From: Octopus sinensis
Lineage: Eukaryota
Assembly: GCF_006345805.1 (NCBI RefSeq)
Contig: NC_043004.1
Span: 98,766,001-98,830,000 of the forward strand
Length of the DNA stretch: 64,000 nt
Reading direction: 5' to 3'
A program made the translations under genes and the position numbers. Positions 11,396 to 24,310 of this stretch are shown in pieces; position 1 is the stretch's first letter, and every line of letters starts with the position of its first letter. The notes beneath the pieces were generated by a model. The model was not told the origin of the DNA, did no database searches, and saw only the letters and a list, made by a program, of their open reading frames with translations.

Positions 11396-13987
11396 TTATT
11401 GTTATTATTATTATTATTATTATTATTCAGTAGTTTTATTTTTATAGCATGCTTTCACTTCACTACCGAGCGCAGCTCTGTGTGCCTTGGGTATGTGCTG
11501 TGATTTGTTGTGATGCTCTGATGGTTATTGTATGGAAGTGTTCTGCGTAGGATGTGTGCAGTGCCTAGTAGTGCAATTTTCTGTATGTTATATGTGTTTG
11601 TAAGTCCTGGTGTTTTTGTTATGTATTTGTCTGAATATTTTTTATCATGCCTAATGCACCTACTATGATAGGAATTGTTTCTGTTTTAGATTCCACATTC
11701 TGATTACCTCTATTTCCAGGTCTTTGTATTTTGAAAGTTTCTCCATTTCTTTTAGAGACATGTTGTCATCTGCCGGTATTGATATATCAATTAGAAAGCA
11801 TTTTTTTCTTCATGATCTCTGACAACTATATCTGGTCTGTTGGCCTTAATTTCTCTATATGTGTGTATCGGCATATCCCAGAGTATGGTTGCTTTCTCGT
11901 TTTCTGTGATCTTTTCTGGTGTGTGCTTATACCATCATTTTTCTGTTGTTATTCCATAATGTTGGCATAGCTTCCAGTGTATGTAGGTCCCAACACTGTC
12001 ATGTCTGTGAATATATTCCTTCTTAGCCAGGACTGGGCAGCCAGAGATAATATGATTTATTGTTTCTTGTCCATCTCCACATATTCTGCAATTACTTGTT
12101 ATATTTCTTTTCATTACATGTTTTTGGTAATTTCTAGTGGGGAGGCTTTGGTCTTGTGCTGCAATTAAAAATCCCTCTGTCTTTGCTTTGAGTCCTGAGC
12201 TTCTCAACCATTGCTGGGATTTTTCTTTGTCTATTTCTTTTGCATTTAGTTTAGTCCCGTATTTACCATGAAGGGGCTTTTCTTGCCATCATTTTATCAT
12301 AGTTCTTTGCTGTTCTATTTTTAGTTTGGATTTCATTTGTTTTATAGCTTTTGTTGTTTCTTCATCTTCTTCTTCTTCTTCATATTTGTTAGGTGGTATG
12401 ATTTCTTGTTTGTATTTGTCAGCTTCCTTAAATACTGAGAACAGTTCTTTGTTTTGCTTGTGTTTTGCCGCTATTTGTGTCAGTTTTCCTTCCTTCTGAA
12501 GTAGATATTTTTGCAGTCCTATGGTGGTTATTTTATAGTAGTTTTCCAGCTGTATAAGGCCTCTACCACCTTCTATATGTTGTATATATAGTCTTTCTAT
12601 GTCAGATTTTGGGTGATGCATCCTAGATCCTGTCATTATTTTTCTTGTTTTCCTATCTATTTTGGTCAGTTCATTTAGTGTCCAGTTAAGGATATTGTAG
12701 CTGTAACTTATAACTGGGATGGCTAAAGTGTTAATACCTATTATCTTGTTTTTAGCATTGAGCTCTGTTTTTAGTATTGATCTAACTCGTCTATAATATT
12801 CTTTTTTTATTTTCTCTTTCATTTGTGTGTGTTGTGTCTTATCTAGTTCATGGATTCCTAAGTATTTGTAAGTTTGGCTTTGGTCTAATTCTTTTATTTC
12901 ATTGGTTTTATCTAGTGTGATGTTACTACTCTTAACTAGTTCTCCTCTTTTCAGGGTTACTTTGGCACATTTTTCTAATCCAAATTTCATATCTATTTCT
13001 TTGGTAAATCCATGAACTGTCTTTAATAGTGTTTCCAGCTGTTTGTCATTTGCAGCATATAGTTTTTGGTCATCCATATATAAAAGGTGGCCGATCGTTT
13101 TGCTGTAACATTTATATCTGCATCCAGTTCTATTTAGCATATCAAATAGAGATGACAGTGCCAAGCAGAAATGGAGTGGAGAGAGCGTGCCTCCCTGGAA
13201 TATTCCTCTTCTAATGGGGTTGGCTTTGGTTTTCATGAGTCCTCTTTTGTTTGGAGCTGTTGCACTGTTTGCCATTTATTCATAGAGTGCCCTATGAATT
13301 TTATAATTGTTGGTGCTACTTTGTAAATGGCTAGTGTTTCGAGGATCCATGTGTGGGGGATGCTATCAAATGCCTTTTTGTAGTCGATCCAGGCCATACT
13401 GAGGCCTTTCTTCTTTCTGTGGCAGTCTTCAGTTATGGCTTTATTGATCATTAGTTGATCGTTACAGCCATATGAGCCTTTGCGGCATCCTTTTTGCTCT
13501 TCTGGAAACAGGTTGTTTTTGTCCAGGTGCTTGTTCAATCTTTGCGATATCACTGCAGTAAATTCCTTGTACATTGTAGAGAGACAGGTTATAGGTCTGT
13601 ACTTTTCTGGTTTTGCTGTCTCATTTGATTTGGGAATTAAGATGGTTTTCCCCTTCGTGAACCATTCAGGCATTGTCTCTGGCTCTGCTAGTATGTTGTT
13701 AACGTTTTCAGCCAGCTTTTTGTGCATTCCTGTTAGATATTTCTACCAGAAGTTGGGGATATTGTCATGCCCAGGTGCCTTCCAGTTGCTTAGTCTTTGC
13801 AGTGCCTGGGTGATCTCTTCAGTTGTTATGGGGGTCCAAAGTTGCTCAGATGCTGAGTTTGTTGTTTAATACTCCTTTTTTCTCTCCAGAATTCTTCCAC
13901 TTCTTCTGCCTTGGTGCTACAATGATTTCTATTTTATTTTTGCCAAGTTCTTGGTAGAACTTTTTGGGGTTGGAGTTGAACTTTTTG

Positions 13988-13990
<3 letters not shown>
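11396..13990 (-). mobile_element. R4/Dong-type RLE non-LTR retrotransposon, 5'-truncated and frameshifted (RT + CCHC + RLE + 3'UTR)
   Basis: NWKAPGHD, KYRPITCL, WIDYKKAFDSIPH, GIFQG.TLSP, YMDD; CRICGDGQETINHIISGC; RPDIVV...FLIDISIP...EKLSKYKDL...IVGALG. Stop at 11525-11527. (AAT)n at both ends. Confidence 0.95.
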
Positions 13991-14036
<46 letters not shown>

Positions 14037-15558
14037 TTATTATTATTACTGTTGTTGTTATTACTATTATTATTATTATTATTGTTATTATTATTATTAT
14101 TATTACTGTTGTTGTTATTACTATTATTATTATTACTATTGTTCTTCTTCATATTATTATTGTTGTTGTTGCTGCTGATGTTATTGTAATTATTGTAAAG
14201 GTGGCAAACTGGCTGAATTATTACCACATCAGACAAAATCCTTCACAACATTCGTTCCAACCCTTTACAGTCACAGTTCACATTCCAATAGGATCAACTT
14301 CACCTTTCATTCCTTTCAAAGTTCATAGAATAAAGTACTGGACAACTACTGAAATCAATACCAAAATTTGACGCTTTATGCCAAAGTTAGAACTCTTTCT
14401 TTTAAGGTTGCAGATTAGCATAGAATTAGAATATCAGAATTTTGTAGCAATTATACTGGCTCTTTACATTCTGAATTCAAATCCTTCAGATTCATCTAAG
14501 GAAGGAATTTCAACCCTGTTTCGTGATCTGCTACCACAACAGCACCTTTATAGGATACAGTTAGCTCAAGACATCATCAGGAGGAACCACGTCCAGTTTC
14601 GGTCCCTACTCCTCTACCGTTTTGACGTGGTGATCCCCCACCTCTTTCGAAGGTGTCTTCAGCTCTGGTCTTGAGTGCATGTCTTCTGTCTCCTTCTCTC
14701 TTCAGTTCCCTGGCCTCTTCGATGTAGCAACTGGCAAATCCTAATGTTGATGCTATCAAGTAACACTCTCCCAACAACTTTGCTGGCCTTGAGTCCAAAT
14801 CAAAAACATCATCATCATCATCATTGTTTAACGTCTGTTTTCCATGCTGGCATGGGTTGGACAGTTGAGTGAGGTCTGATGCCAACTACTCCGAGACTGC
14901 AGTGGGTGCTTTTTAGGTGCCACCGGTATGAGAGTCAGTCAGGCAGACATGGCATTGACCACATTCAGATGCTGCTCTTTATGTGCCACCGGCATGGGAG
15001 CTAGTCAGGGGCACTGGTATCGACCACATTTCGATGGCACTGTTTTTAAATGGGGTGATAGATGTAAATATATATCATCATCATCATCATCATCATTTAG
15101 CGTCCGCTTTCCATGCTAGCATGGGTTGGATGGGTCAACTGGGGTCTGTGAAGCTGGAAGGCTTTGTCAGGCCCAGTCAGATCTGGCAGTGTTTCTACGG
15201 CTGGATGCCCTTCCTAACGCCAACCACTCCGCGAGTGTAGTGGGTGTTTTTTAAGTTAATTAGGTTTAAGTTTTATTTGTGAAATACAGTGGTTTTGAAT
15301 TTGCTGCAGAAAGTGGTCTTTCTTTGTGGGAGGAGGCACTAGGAATGTGGCCTAGGTACCAAGTGGGTCAGTAGCCTGAAAACGTTTGGGATCTAATATT
15401 AAAGCATGATTATGAGTTATACTGTTATAGTACCTTAGCCACAAAGCTATGATACAATACATCATCGTACTGTAACAATAGTCAATGTTTTGCTAAGAGA
15501 AATTTGTGTATCAGTTTCAAATTGTGGTTGTTAACATTTCACATCAGTAAAGGCAGAA

Positions 15559-15945
15559 CTCTTTTCCTCTTTTACTTGTTTCAGTCATCTGACGGCGGCC
15601 ATGCTGGAGCACCACCTTTAGTCGAGAAAATCTACCCCAGGACTTAGTCTTTGGAAGCCTAGTACTTATTCTATTGGCCTTTTTTGCCAAACTGCTGGGA
15701 ACGTAAACACACCAGCATCGGTTGTCATGCGATGTTGGGGGAACAAACACATACACACACATACATATACATATACATATATACAATGAGCTTCTTTCAG
15801 TTTCCATTTACCAAATCCATTCACAAGGCTTTTGTCGGCCCAAGGCTATAGTAGAAGACACTTGCCCAAGGTGCCACACAATGGGACTGAACTTGGAACC
15901 ATGTGGTTTGTAAGCAAGCTACTTACCACACAGCCACTCCTATGC
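15559..15945 (-). mobile_element. SINE family A
   Basis: Full-length match to family A. Confidence 0.9.
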
Positions 15946-16231
15946 TTGTTAGCATGCTGTGCAAAATGCTTAGTAGTATTTTGTCCATCTCTGTTCTGAA
16001 CTTAAAATACACCCGGGTTGACTTTAACTTTCATCTTTTCAGGGTTGATGAAATAAATACCAGTACTGGGGGTCAGTTTAATCGATCTACCCCCTTCTTG
16101 AAATCGCTGGCCTTGAATCAAAATATGAAACTAATATTTCACATCAGTGTGGCAGTGAGCTGGCAGAATTGTTAGCATACCAGGCAAAATGCTTAACAGC
16201 ATTTCATCAGTCTCCGAGTTCAAATTTTGTC

Positions 16232-16605
16232 ATGATACCAGTGCCAGTGGCACGTAAGAGAACCATCCAAACATGGCTATTGCCAGCGCCGCCCCGACTG
16301 GCCTCCGTGCCGGTGGCATGTAAAAAGCACCATCCGATTGTGGCCATTTCCAGCCTTGTCTGGCCCCCGTGCCGGTGGCACATAAAAAGCACCATCCGAT
16401 CATGGCCGTTTGCCAGCCTCGTCTGGCACCTGCGCAAGTGGCACGTAAAAAGCACCCACTACATTCACGGAGTGGTTGGCGTTAGGAAGGGCATCCAGCC
16501 GTAGAAACACTACCAGATCAGACTGGCTTCCCAGACCCCAGTTGAACCGTCCAACCCATGCTAGCATGGAAAATGGAGGTTAAACGATGATGATGATGAT
16601 GATGA
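16232..16605 (+). mobile_element. Family E (RTE 3'UTR) with internal ~60-bp repeats
   Basis: ...GGCGTTAGGAAGGGCATCCAGC...GTTAAACGATGATGAT tail; inserted into a SINE B. Confidence 0.85.
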
Positions 16606-17451
16606 TTAACTCTGCCTTTCATCCTTTAGGGGTTGATAAAATAAGGACCTAATGAGCACTGGGGTCAATGTAATCGACTTGCCCCTGCCCCTGAATTTGC
16701 TGGCCTTGTACAAAAATTTGAAATCATATTTCACATCAGTTATGCTGCTAATACTCTTGAATAGAAGATGGGACACTCTACCACCTAACAGTTCATAAAT
16801 ACTAACTGAAATCCTTTGGACTGCTCCGAAGCAGTCATCGTTAACTTTTATGCTTTTCTTAATATTTTTATTCTTTCTTTTTTCGATCTATTCACTTCAC
16901 CTTCCATTCTCATCCCATCTTTTCTTTTTATTCTCACCTTTCTTTTCTTTCTTTTATCTTTTTGTTCTTTATTTTCATTTCCTTTTTTTTATTCTCTTTA
17001 CCATTTTTATTCCTACCTTATTCTCATTATTTTATCCACTTCATTCTTTTCTATAGCTACACTTCTTTCTTCCTGTCTTTTATCCCTTTTCCTTCCTTTC
17101 CTCTCTCCTCTCTTTCATTACCCTTCCTTCTTCCTTCTTTCCTTTGATGAGAACACACTTTATAATCCTAACAACTCCTATAAAAGTGGTTTCAATTGGC
17201 CAGAGACACCAAAGTGTTATCTTACAGTAATTATCTTCTATAAGGCTCATTAAACTCAACACAGATAGAATTTCTTCATTTATCAGATAATATTGCTTTC
17301 TCTCCTTTAAATATATTGTTTTTTTTTCTTTATTTTTTGTTTGTTTGTTAGTTCTTGCTTTTGTTTTCAATATCACAACTTACAAATTTATTATTTGCCG
17401 GAATTTTAAAGGTGTTATTTAGCTTCCTTTGTAAATAATAATAATAATATA

Positions 17452-17515
<64 letters not shown>

Positions 17516-17828
17516 CAAATGTTCTCTCAAGGCCTGAAAGTTCAAGGGAGGGACTAAGCTGATTACATCAACCCCAGTTCTCAACTGGTACTTATTTTAT
17601 TGAACCTGAAGGGACGAAAGGCAAAGTCGACCTTGGCGGAATTTGAACTCAGAACAAAAAGACAGATGAAATGCTGCTAAGCATTTTGCCCAGCGTCATT
17701 TTGCCTGGCATCATTTTGCCCTGTGTCATATTACCCAACATGCTAACGATTCTGCCAACTCGCCGCTTTAATAATAATAATACTGATGATGATGATAATA
17801 ATAATAATAATATTAATAATAATGATAA

Positions 17829-18263
17829 TTGTTTTGTCTTGGTATAAATGATGGTTACTGCAAATATTCTGCTCAATACCACAGATTTGTTTGTCAGCTG
17901 TTTGACCTGAAGCAGTTGACAATGTCCCTTAGTGGCTGATGATATGTACATCTCTGATCACGAGCAGAAGTAGTGAGGGAGCATCATAGCCATGTGTTGA
18001 GAGGGATTCTTTGGGATTTGAATAATTCACCTCTGGAAACATGATTGTTTTGTTCATCATCCTTAAACAACCCTTATTCAGGGATCTTTTGAGCAGGATG
18101 GGCTACTCAACCTGAAGAAAATGACTAACTGCAAGGTCATGCACTGTTTATCTTGATATGAGATCACCATGTCACACACATATGGTTGTGGTGCATGTGC
18201 ATGGTGTACCCTTATCAGACAGGTAGTCACTTTGATAGCTTGCATTGCTCTCTCGCTCACTCG
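17829..18263 (+). repeat. Second copy of the (AAT)n-bracketed repeat at 1746-2300
   Basis: Colinear similarity over about 430 bp. Confidence 0.75.
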
Positions 18264-18327
<64 letters not shown>

Positions 18328-18340
18328 TGATGATGATGAT

Positions 18341-18793
18341 AAAGTACTAGAAAGTAAGAAATACAAGATGTAGGACTTCAACATTCAAACTGACAGAGTA
18401 ATAGAAGCTAGAAGGCCCGATTTAGTAGAAGATAAATGGACGAGAAAATGCCCAATAATTGACTTTACAGTCCCAAATGATGAAGAAGTCAATATGAGAG
18501 GCATAGAAAAATTAGCAAAGTATTAAGACCTAGCCATTGGATTACAGAGTCTATGGAAAGTGCAGGTAAAATGTATCCCATTAGTTATATGTGCATTAGG
18601 AACTATCCCTAAAGATTTGAACAGATGGATAGAGGAAATTGGCATAAAACCCAGTTTAGTACAACTCCAGAAAACAGTGTTATTAGTGACAGCTGGGATA
18701 CTTTGGAGGGTTCTTGGCATCTAAGGTTACTTGTTGTAGCCTGATGCTAGGATTTTTTTTCTTTCCATCCATCTAATCTGTTGTGTATATGAA

Positions 18794-18800
<7 letters not shown>
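18341..18800 (+). mobile_element. R4/Dong-type LINE 3' fragment (RLE domain)
   Basis: DFNIQTDRVIEARRPDLV...IIDFTVPND...EKLAKY*DL...IPLVICALG...LQKTVLL...RVLGI*. Lies between (AAT)n tracts. Confidence 0.88.
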
Positions 18801-18824
<24 letters not shown>

Positions 18825-18906
18825 GCTGGTGGATACATATAGTTGCAGATGGTAACCTGCTACCCACACAAATCCTTCAGGAATAAGACTAAACCTGAGT
18901 CAAATC

Positions 18907-18964
<58 letters not shown>

Positions 18965-19275
18965 TAATAATTACTGCTAGCGCCATTCTCTTCATTATTA
19001 TTATACAAATAAAAAAAAACACCTGTACTTGAGCCACATAAAAAGCAGCAGTGATGGTACCATGTAAAAAGCACCCTGTACCCCCTGTAAACGGGTTGGT
19101 ATTAGGAATGGCATCTAGCCATAGAAACCTTGCCAAAACAGACTATTGGAGCCTGGTGCAGCTCTCCAGCTTACCAACTTCTTTCAAACCATCCATCCCA
19201 TGCTAGCATGAAAAGTGGACATTAAATGATGATGATGCTGATGAAGATGATATTTATGTATTGAATGTATATATA

Positions 19276-19698
19276 GGCGCAAGAGTGACTGTGTGGTAAG
19301 TAGCTTGTTTACCAATCACATGGTTCTGGGTTCAGTCCCACTGCGTGACACCTTAGGCAAGTGTCTTCTACTATAGCCTCGGGCCGACCAATGCCTTGTG
19401 AGTGGATTTGGTAGACGGAAACTGAAAGAAGCCTGTCGTATATATGTATATATATATATATATATGTGTGTGCGTGTGTGTTTCTGTGACTGTGTTTGTC
19501 CCATTCAACATCGCTTGACAACCGATGCTGGTGTGTTTATGTCCCCGTTACTTAGCAGTTCGGCAAAAGAGACCAACAGAATAAGTACTGGGCTTACAAA
19601 GAATAAGTCCCGGGGTTGAGTTGCTCGATTAAAGGCGGTGCTCCAGCATGGCCACAGTCAAATGACTGAAACAAGTAAAAGAGTAAAAAGAGAGAGTA
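19276..19698 (+). mobile_element. SINE family A
   Basis: Full-length match to family A. Confidence 0.9.
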
Positions 19699-19987
19699 CT
19701 TATACATTTGGCTCCTTTTAGTTTTGATCTTCAAAATCCACAAGATTTTGGTCATCCAAAGGGTATACTAGAAGCAAGGCAAGGGGACTGAGCCTGAAAC
19801 TATATGACAAGGAAGTAAGCTTCTTAGCCATATGCCCATGTATGCATTTAGCATAAATATGGTACTTATTTTATCATTACTGAAATGGGTAGTTAACCTA
19901 AGCAGTGTTTGAACCCAGAATCCCAATGGATGTAAATAAAATCACAAGGCAGTTTGTCCACCACTCTACAACTCTGCCATATCTTAT

Positions 19988-20209
19988 TACTCTTTTACTT
20001 GTTTAAGTCATTTGACTGTGGCCATGCTGGAGCACCGCCTTTAGTCGAGCAAATCGACCCAGGACTTATTCTTTGTAAGCCTAGTACTTATTCTATCAGT
20101 CTCTTTTGCCGAACCGCTAAGTTATGGGGACGTAAACACACCAGCATCGGTTGTCAAGTGATGCTGGGGGGAAAAGCACAGACACACAAACATATACACA
20201 CACACATAT

Positions 20210-20244
<35 letters not shown>

Positions 20245-20404
20245 CGATGGGCTTCTTTCAGTTTCTATCTACCAAATCCACTCACAAGGCTTTGGTCAGC
20301 CCAAGGCTATAGTAGAAAACACGTGCCTTAGGTGCCACGCAATGGGACTGAACCCGGAACCATGTGGTTGGTAAGCAAGCTACTTACCACACAGCCACTC
20401 CTGC
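19988..20404 (-). mobile_element. SINE family A
   Basis: Full-length match to family A. Confidence 0.9.
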
Positions 20405-21173
20405 ACAATTTGTTTACTATTAGAAGATTAAAAAGAGAATGTAAATAGGAAGGAAAAAGAAAGTTCACGAATAGTGTAAAAAAGCAAAAGAATAAATAAA
20501 TAAATAAATAATAAAAAGGTTATTGATTTTTAAAATACTCAAATTTAGTGATGATGATAATGATGAGAATGATGCTCTCAGTAATCATTGCTGTCATCAT
20601 CATCGTCATCATCAATATTTTATTATTATTATTATTATTAGTGTTGTTGTTGTTATTATGTTTGCGGTGAAGGTGATAACAGGGAAGGTTAGATATAATG
20701 CTTGCATTAGATCTACATTAAATTGATCAACGAGCCAAGTAAATTTGACTAAATGAAGCCATGGTATTAATTTAGTGCCGAGGACTCTTAGGGAGTTCAG
20801 CTTCACTGCTTTTGACAGGGAGATGTGTATCTAACATATATCAATAGGGACATCACATACGTGCATGTGTGTGTGAGTGTGTTTGTGCTTCGTAAGTGTG
20901 AGTGTGTGAGTAAGTGCATATATGTGTGTGTGTCAGTGTGTCTCTGTGTGTGAGTGTGTCTCTGTGTGTGAGTGTGTCTGCGTGTGAGTGTGTCTGCGTG
21001 TGAGTGTGTCTGTGTGTGAGTGAGGGTGAGTTGTGTGGGTGTGTGCACATGCGTGCACGTATGTAAAATCATCTGTGCTTGAAGATAAACACTGAAAACA
21101 CATGCAGATGCACAGATATATATATACATGTATGTGTGTGTGTATATATGTATGTATATGTATATGTTGTGTG

Positions 21174-21210
<37 letters not shown>

Positions 21211-21235
21211 ATATATATGTAATATATGTATATAC

Positions 21236-21277
<42 letters not shown>

Positions 21278-21289
21278 TATATATGTATA

Positions 21290-21321
<32 letters not shown>

Positions 21322-21591
21322 ATCTAATACACATGTTTCTCCATGCGTATATGTATACGTATGTATTCTTCCGTCCCTCTCTCTTGGTGTTTTCTGGATA
21401 CTGAGGATGTTTCCAAGGTTTCTTTATTGACACTGATGTTATCATTTTTCATGAATGCGTCTTCCAATGTTGGAGACGAATTACTAATCACAAAACAGGT
21501 GCTGAAACTTTGTGGATGTGAGTCTTGTCCCAGGAGTCATTGCTCGCCTATTTTCTTTCTTCTTGGGCTATCTCTCTTCAGTATGTTGATA

Positions 21592-21993
21592 TACTCTTTT
21601 ACTCTTTTACTTGTTTCAGTCATTTGACTGCGGCCATGCTGGAGCACCGCCTTTACTCGAGCAACTCGACCCCGGGACTTATTCTTTTGTAAGCCCAGTA
21701 CTTATGCTATCGGGCTCTTTTGCCGAACCGCTAAGTAACGGGGACATAAACACACCAGTATCGGTTGTCAAGCAATGCTAGGAGGACAAACACAGACACA
21801 CAAACACACACACGCATATATATATATACATATATACGACGGGCTTCTTTTCAGTTTCCGTCTACCAAATCCACTCACAAGGCTTTGGTCGGCCCGAGGC
21901 CATAATAGAAGACACTTGCCCAAGGTGCCACGCAGTGGGACTGAACCTGGAACCATGTGATTGGTAATCAAGCTACTTACCACACAGCCACTC
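21592..21993 (-). mobile_element. SINE family A
   Basis: Full-length match to family A. Confidence 0.9.
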
Positions 21994-22319
21994 TGCAACA
22001 AAGGCCCTTCTTTTGTGTACTTGCCACCAGTTCTAATAATTTCTAGTTGCTCCTTCCTTGTAAAGATGAATGTTGACTAAAGATGTGATGTTCTGATTGG
22101 AAGCATGCCAGCATTTGTTATGCACACTTATTGTTGGTGAATTTCTGTATGTTCAGTGCACAATATTTATCTGGGATTTTTTGTGCTTGACCTATTTTTT
22201 ATATGTCACTGGAATTGATTTTTTCATTCTTTTTTTTTTTTTTTGTAAATTATAGTATGGTTTCTTTTGAATTTTTCTGTTGCTAATGCATTCCTGTTTA
22301 TGACATAGTTAACCCATTT

Positions 22320-22964
22320 GCCATCGAGGGGGCACCTGTGGAAGACGTTATTGAGTCTGTCTATCTTGGCAGCAAGATCAGCAAATCAGATGATGGATCA
22401 GACGAGGACATCATGGCAAGAAGCAAGAAGGCTTGGCAAGCCTTCGCTATTCTTCAGCCGGTATGGAAGTCCACTGCGATTTCAACTCGAACTAAACTTC
22501 GTTTATTTAGTTCAAACGTAAAATCTGTGCTTTTATATGGCTTTGGAACATGGAGAGCCACCTACAGCAACTACAAGAAGATCCAGACCTTCATCAACAA
22601 ATGTCTCCAGCAGACCCTCCATCTGAAGTGGTTCGACAGAGTGCCAAAACACCATCCTGTGGGAAAGGGCCAATCAGGAGCCCATACATGTTCAGATTAG
22701 ACGAAGGAAATGGAGATGGATTGGGGACACACTGCAGAAAGAACCCTCAAATGTGACATGACAAACACTTGACTGGAACCCGCAAGGAAAAAGGAAGCGA
22801 AGACGCCCAAAGCAGACATGGAAGTGGAGCATTTTGGATGAGCTCAGGACCACCGGCTTGACATGGGAAGCAACTAAGAAACACGCCAATGACTGCAATA
22901 AGTGGAAAACAACTGTTGAGGCCCTATGCTCCACAAGGGGCAAAAAGGATTAAGAAAAGAAGAA
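22320..22964 (+). mobile_element. RTE-clade LINE 3' fragment (end of RT and C-terminus)
   Basis: VEDVIESVYLGSKIS...TKLRLFSSNVKSVLLYG; in a shifted frame IRRRKWRWIGHTL...LDWNPQGKRKRRRPKQTW...VEALCSTRGKKD*. Short AAG tail. Confidence 0.9.
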
Positions 22965-23847
22965 CCCATTTGCCATTCAGGACCTACCATAATCATATTT
23001 TTTTTCTGAATGAAATCTCTCAATTTACCATATTTGTTGTTGATATGCTATGTAAAGAGAGTACAACTGACTGATACACCAAGATCTCAAGTTATCGGTC
23101 TCTTTTGCCGAACTGCTAAGTTATGGGGATGTAAACACACCAGCATCGGTTGTCAAGTGATGCTGGGGGAACAAGCACAGACACACAAACATATACACGC
23201 ACATACATATATATATAGTTGATCCAAACATGAAAACACAATGAGAAAACACAACAACGTGAGAGAAACACAAATGTATTGCCAATTACTCACACTCAGC
23301 TCACAATGTCACCATCAAGGAATAAAGAGACGGACAAGATGCTGGCAAGATAAATAAAAGATGAATCTTCTGATTCATCTAGTATAGTAACTTGAACAAG
23401 TATTCCTTCTGCACCATATGAATATTGGCTTCAAATTTTGGCACAAGGCCAGCAATTTCGGGAATTGGGTGGGATAAATTGATTACACCAACCCCAATGT
23501 TCAACTGGTACTTATTTTACTGACCCAGAATGAATGAAAGGCAAAGTCAGCTTCAGCGGAATTTGAACTCAGAACATTAAGATAAGCATTAAGATGTCCC
23601 CTCTGTGTTTAGCCCCTTGTGGGTAGTAAAGAAATAGGTATTAAGAATGACATCCAGTCATAGAAACCATGCCACAATAGAGAATTGGAATTTAGACAGC
23701 TCCCTGGCTGTCCAGCTTTTGTCAAACTGTCCAAGTCAGCATAGAAAATGTACAAAAAAGGATGATAATGGTTACGATGAAGCTAAGGCAACAGAAATAG
23801 ATTGGATCTGGTTAAAAAGGAAACAGCATTGTTATTGACATATTGTT

Positions 23848-24146
23848 TGTTCCTTCTCGAGCTATGCCTGGCTCATAAGGGCCGGTTTCCTGGTTTCCTT
23901 GGTGTATAGGTTCCCCACCTTGACGGGAGACCGGTCTGTCGCAGGTGAGCTGCAAGATGCAGGAGGAAAGAGTGAGAGAAAGTTGTGGTGAAAGAGTCAG
24001 CAGAAGTTCGCCATTACCTTCTGACGGAGCCGCGTGGAGCTTAGGTGTTTTGCTCATAATCACACACATCGCTTGGTCTGAGGTTCAAACCCGCGATCCC
24101 TCGACTGCGAGTCTGCTGCTCTAACCACTAGGGCATGTGCCTCCAC
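23848..24146 (-). mobile_element. SINE family C variant, full length, 14-bp TSD
   Basis: tRNA-like head. TSD ATTGACATATTGTT at 23834-23847 and 24147-24160. Confidence 0.92.
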
Positions 24147-24310
24147 ATTGACATATTGTTGCTCACAGATTAAGGCTGCAGATGTATGATTTTACAGTTT
24201 ATGTTACTATAGGTTGATTAGTCCTTCATCATATCAGTATTGAAAAGTAACACCAAGTTCGGATTTATAGATGATTTTTATCTACTCATATCTTCAGAAT
24301 ATCTATTATA

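Noticed and set aside
14500-14790. GC-richer patch that might be a LINE fragment or exon
   Set aside because: All frames I read contain stops or lack convincing motifs (only a faint ELTV-like RLE hint); left unassigned.
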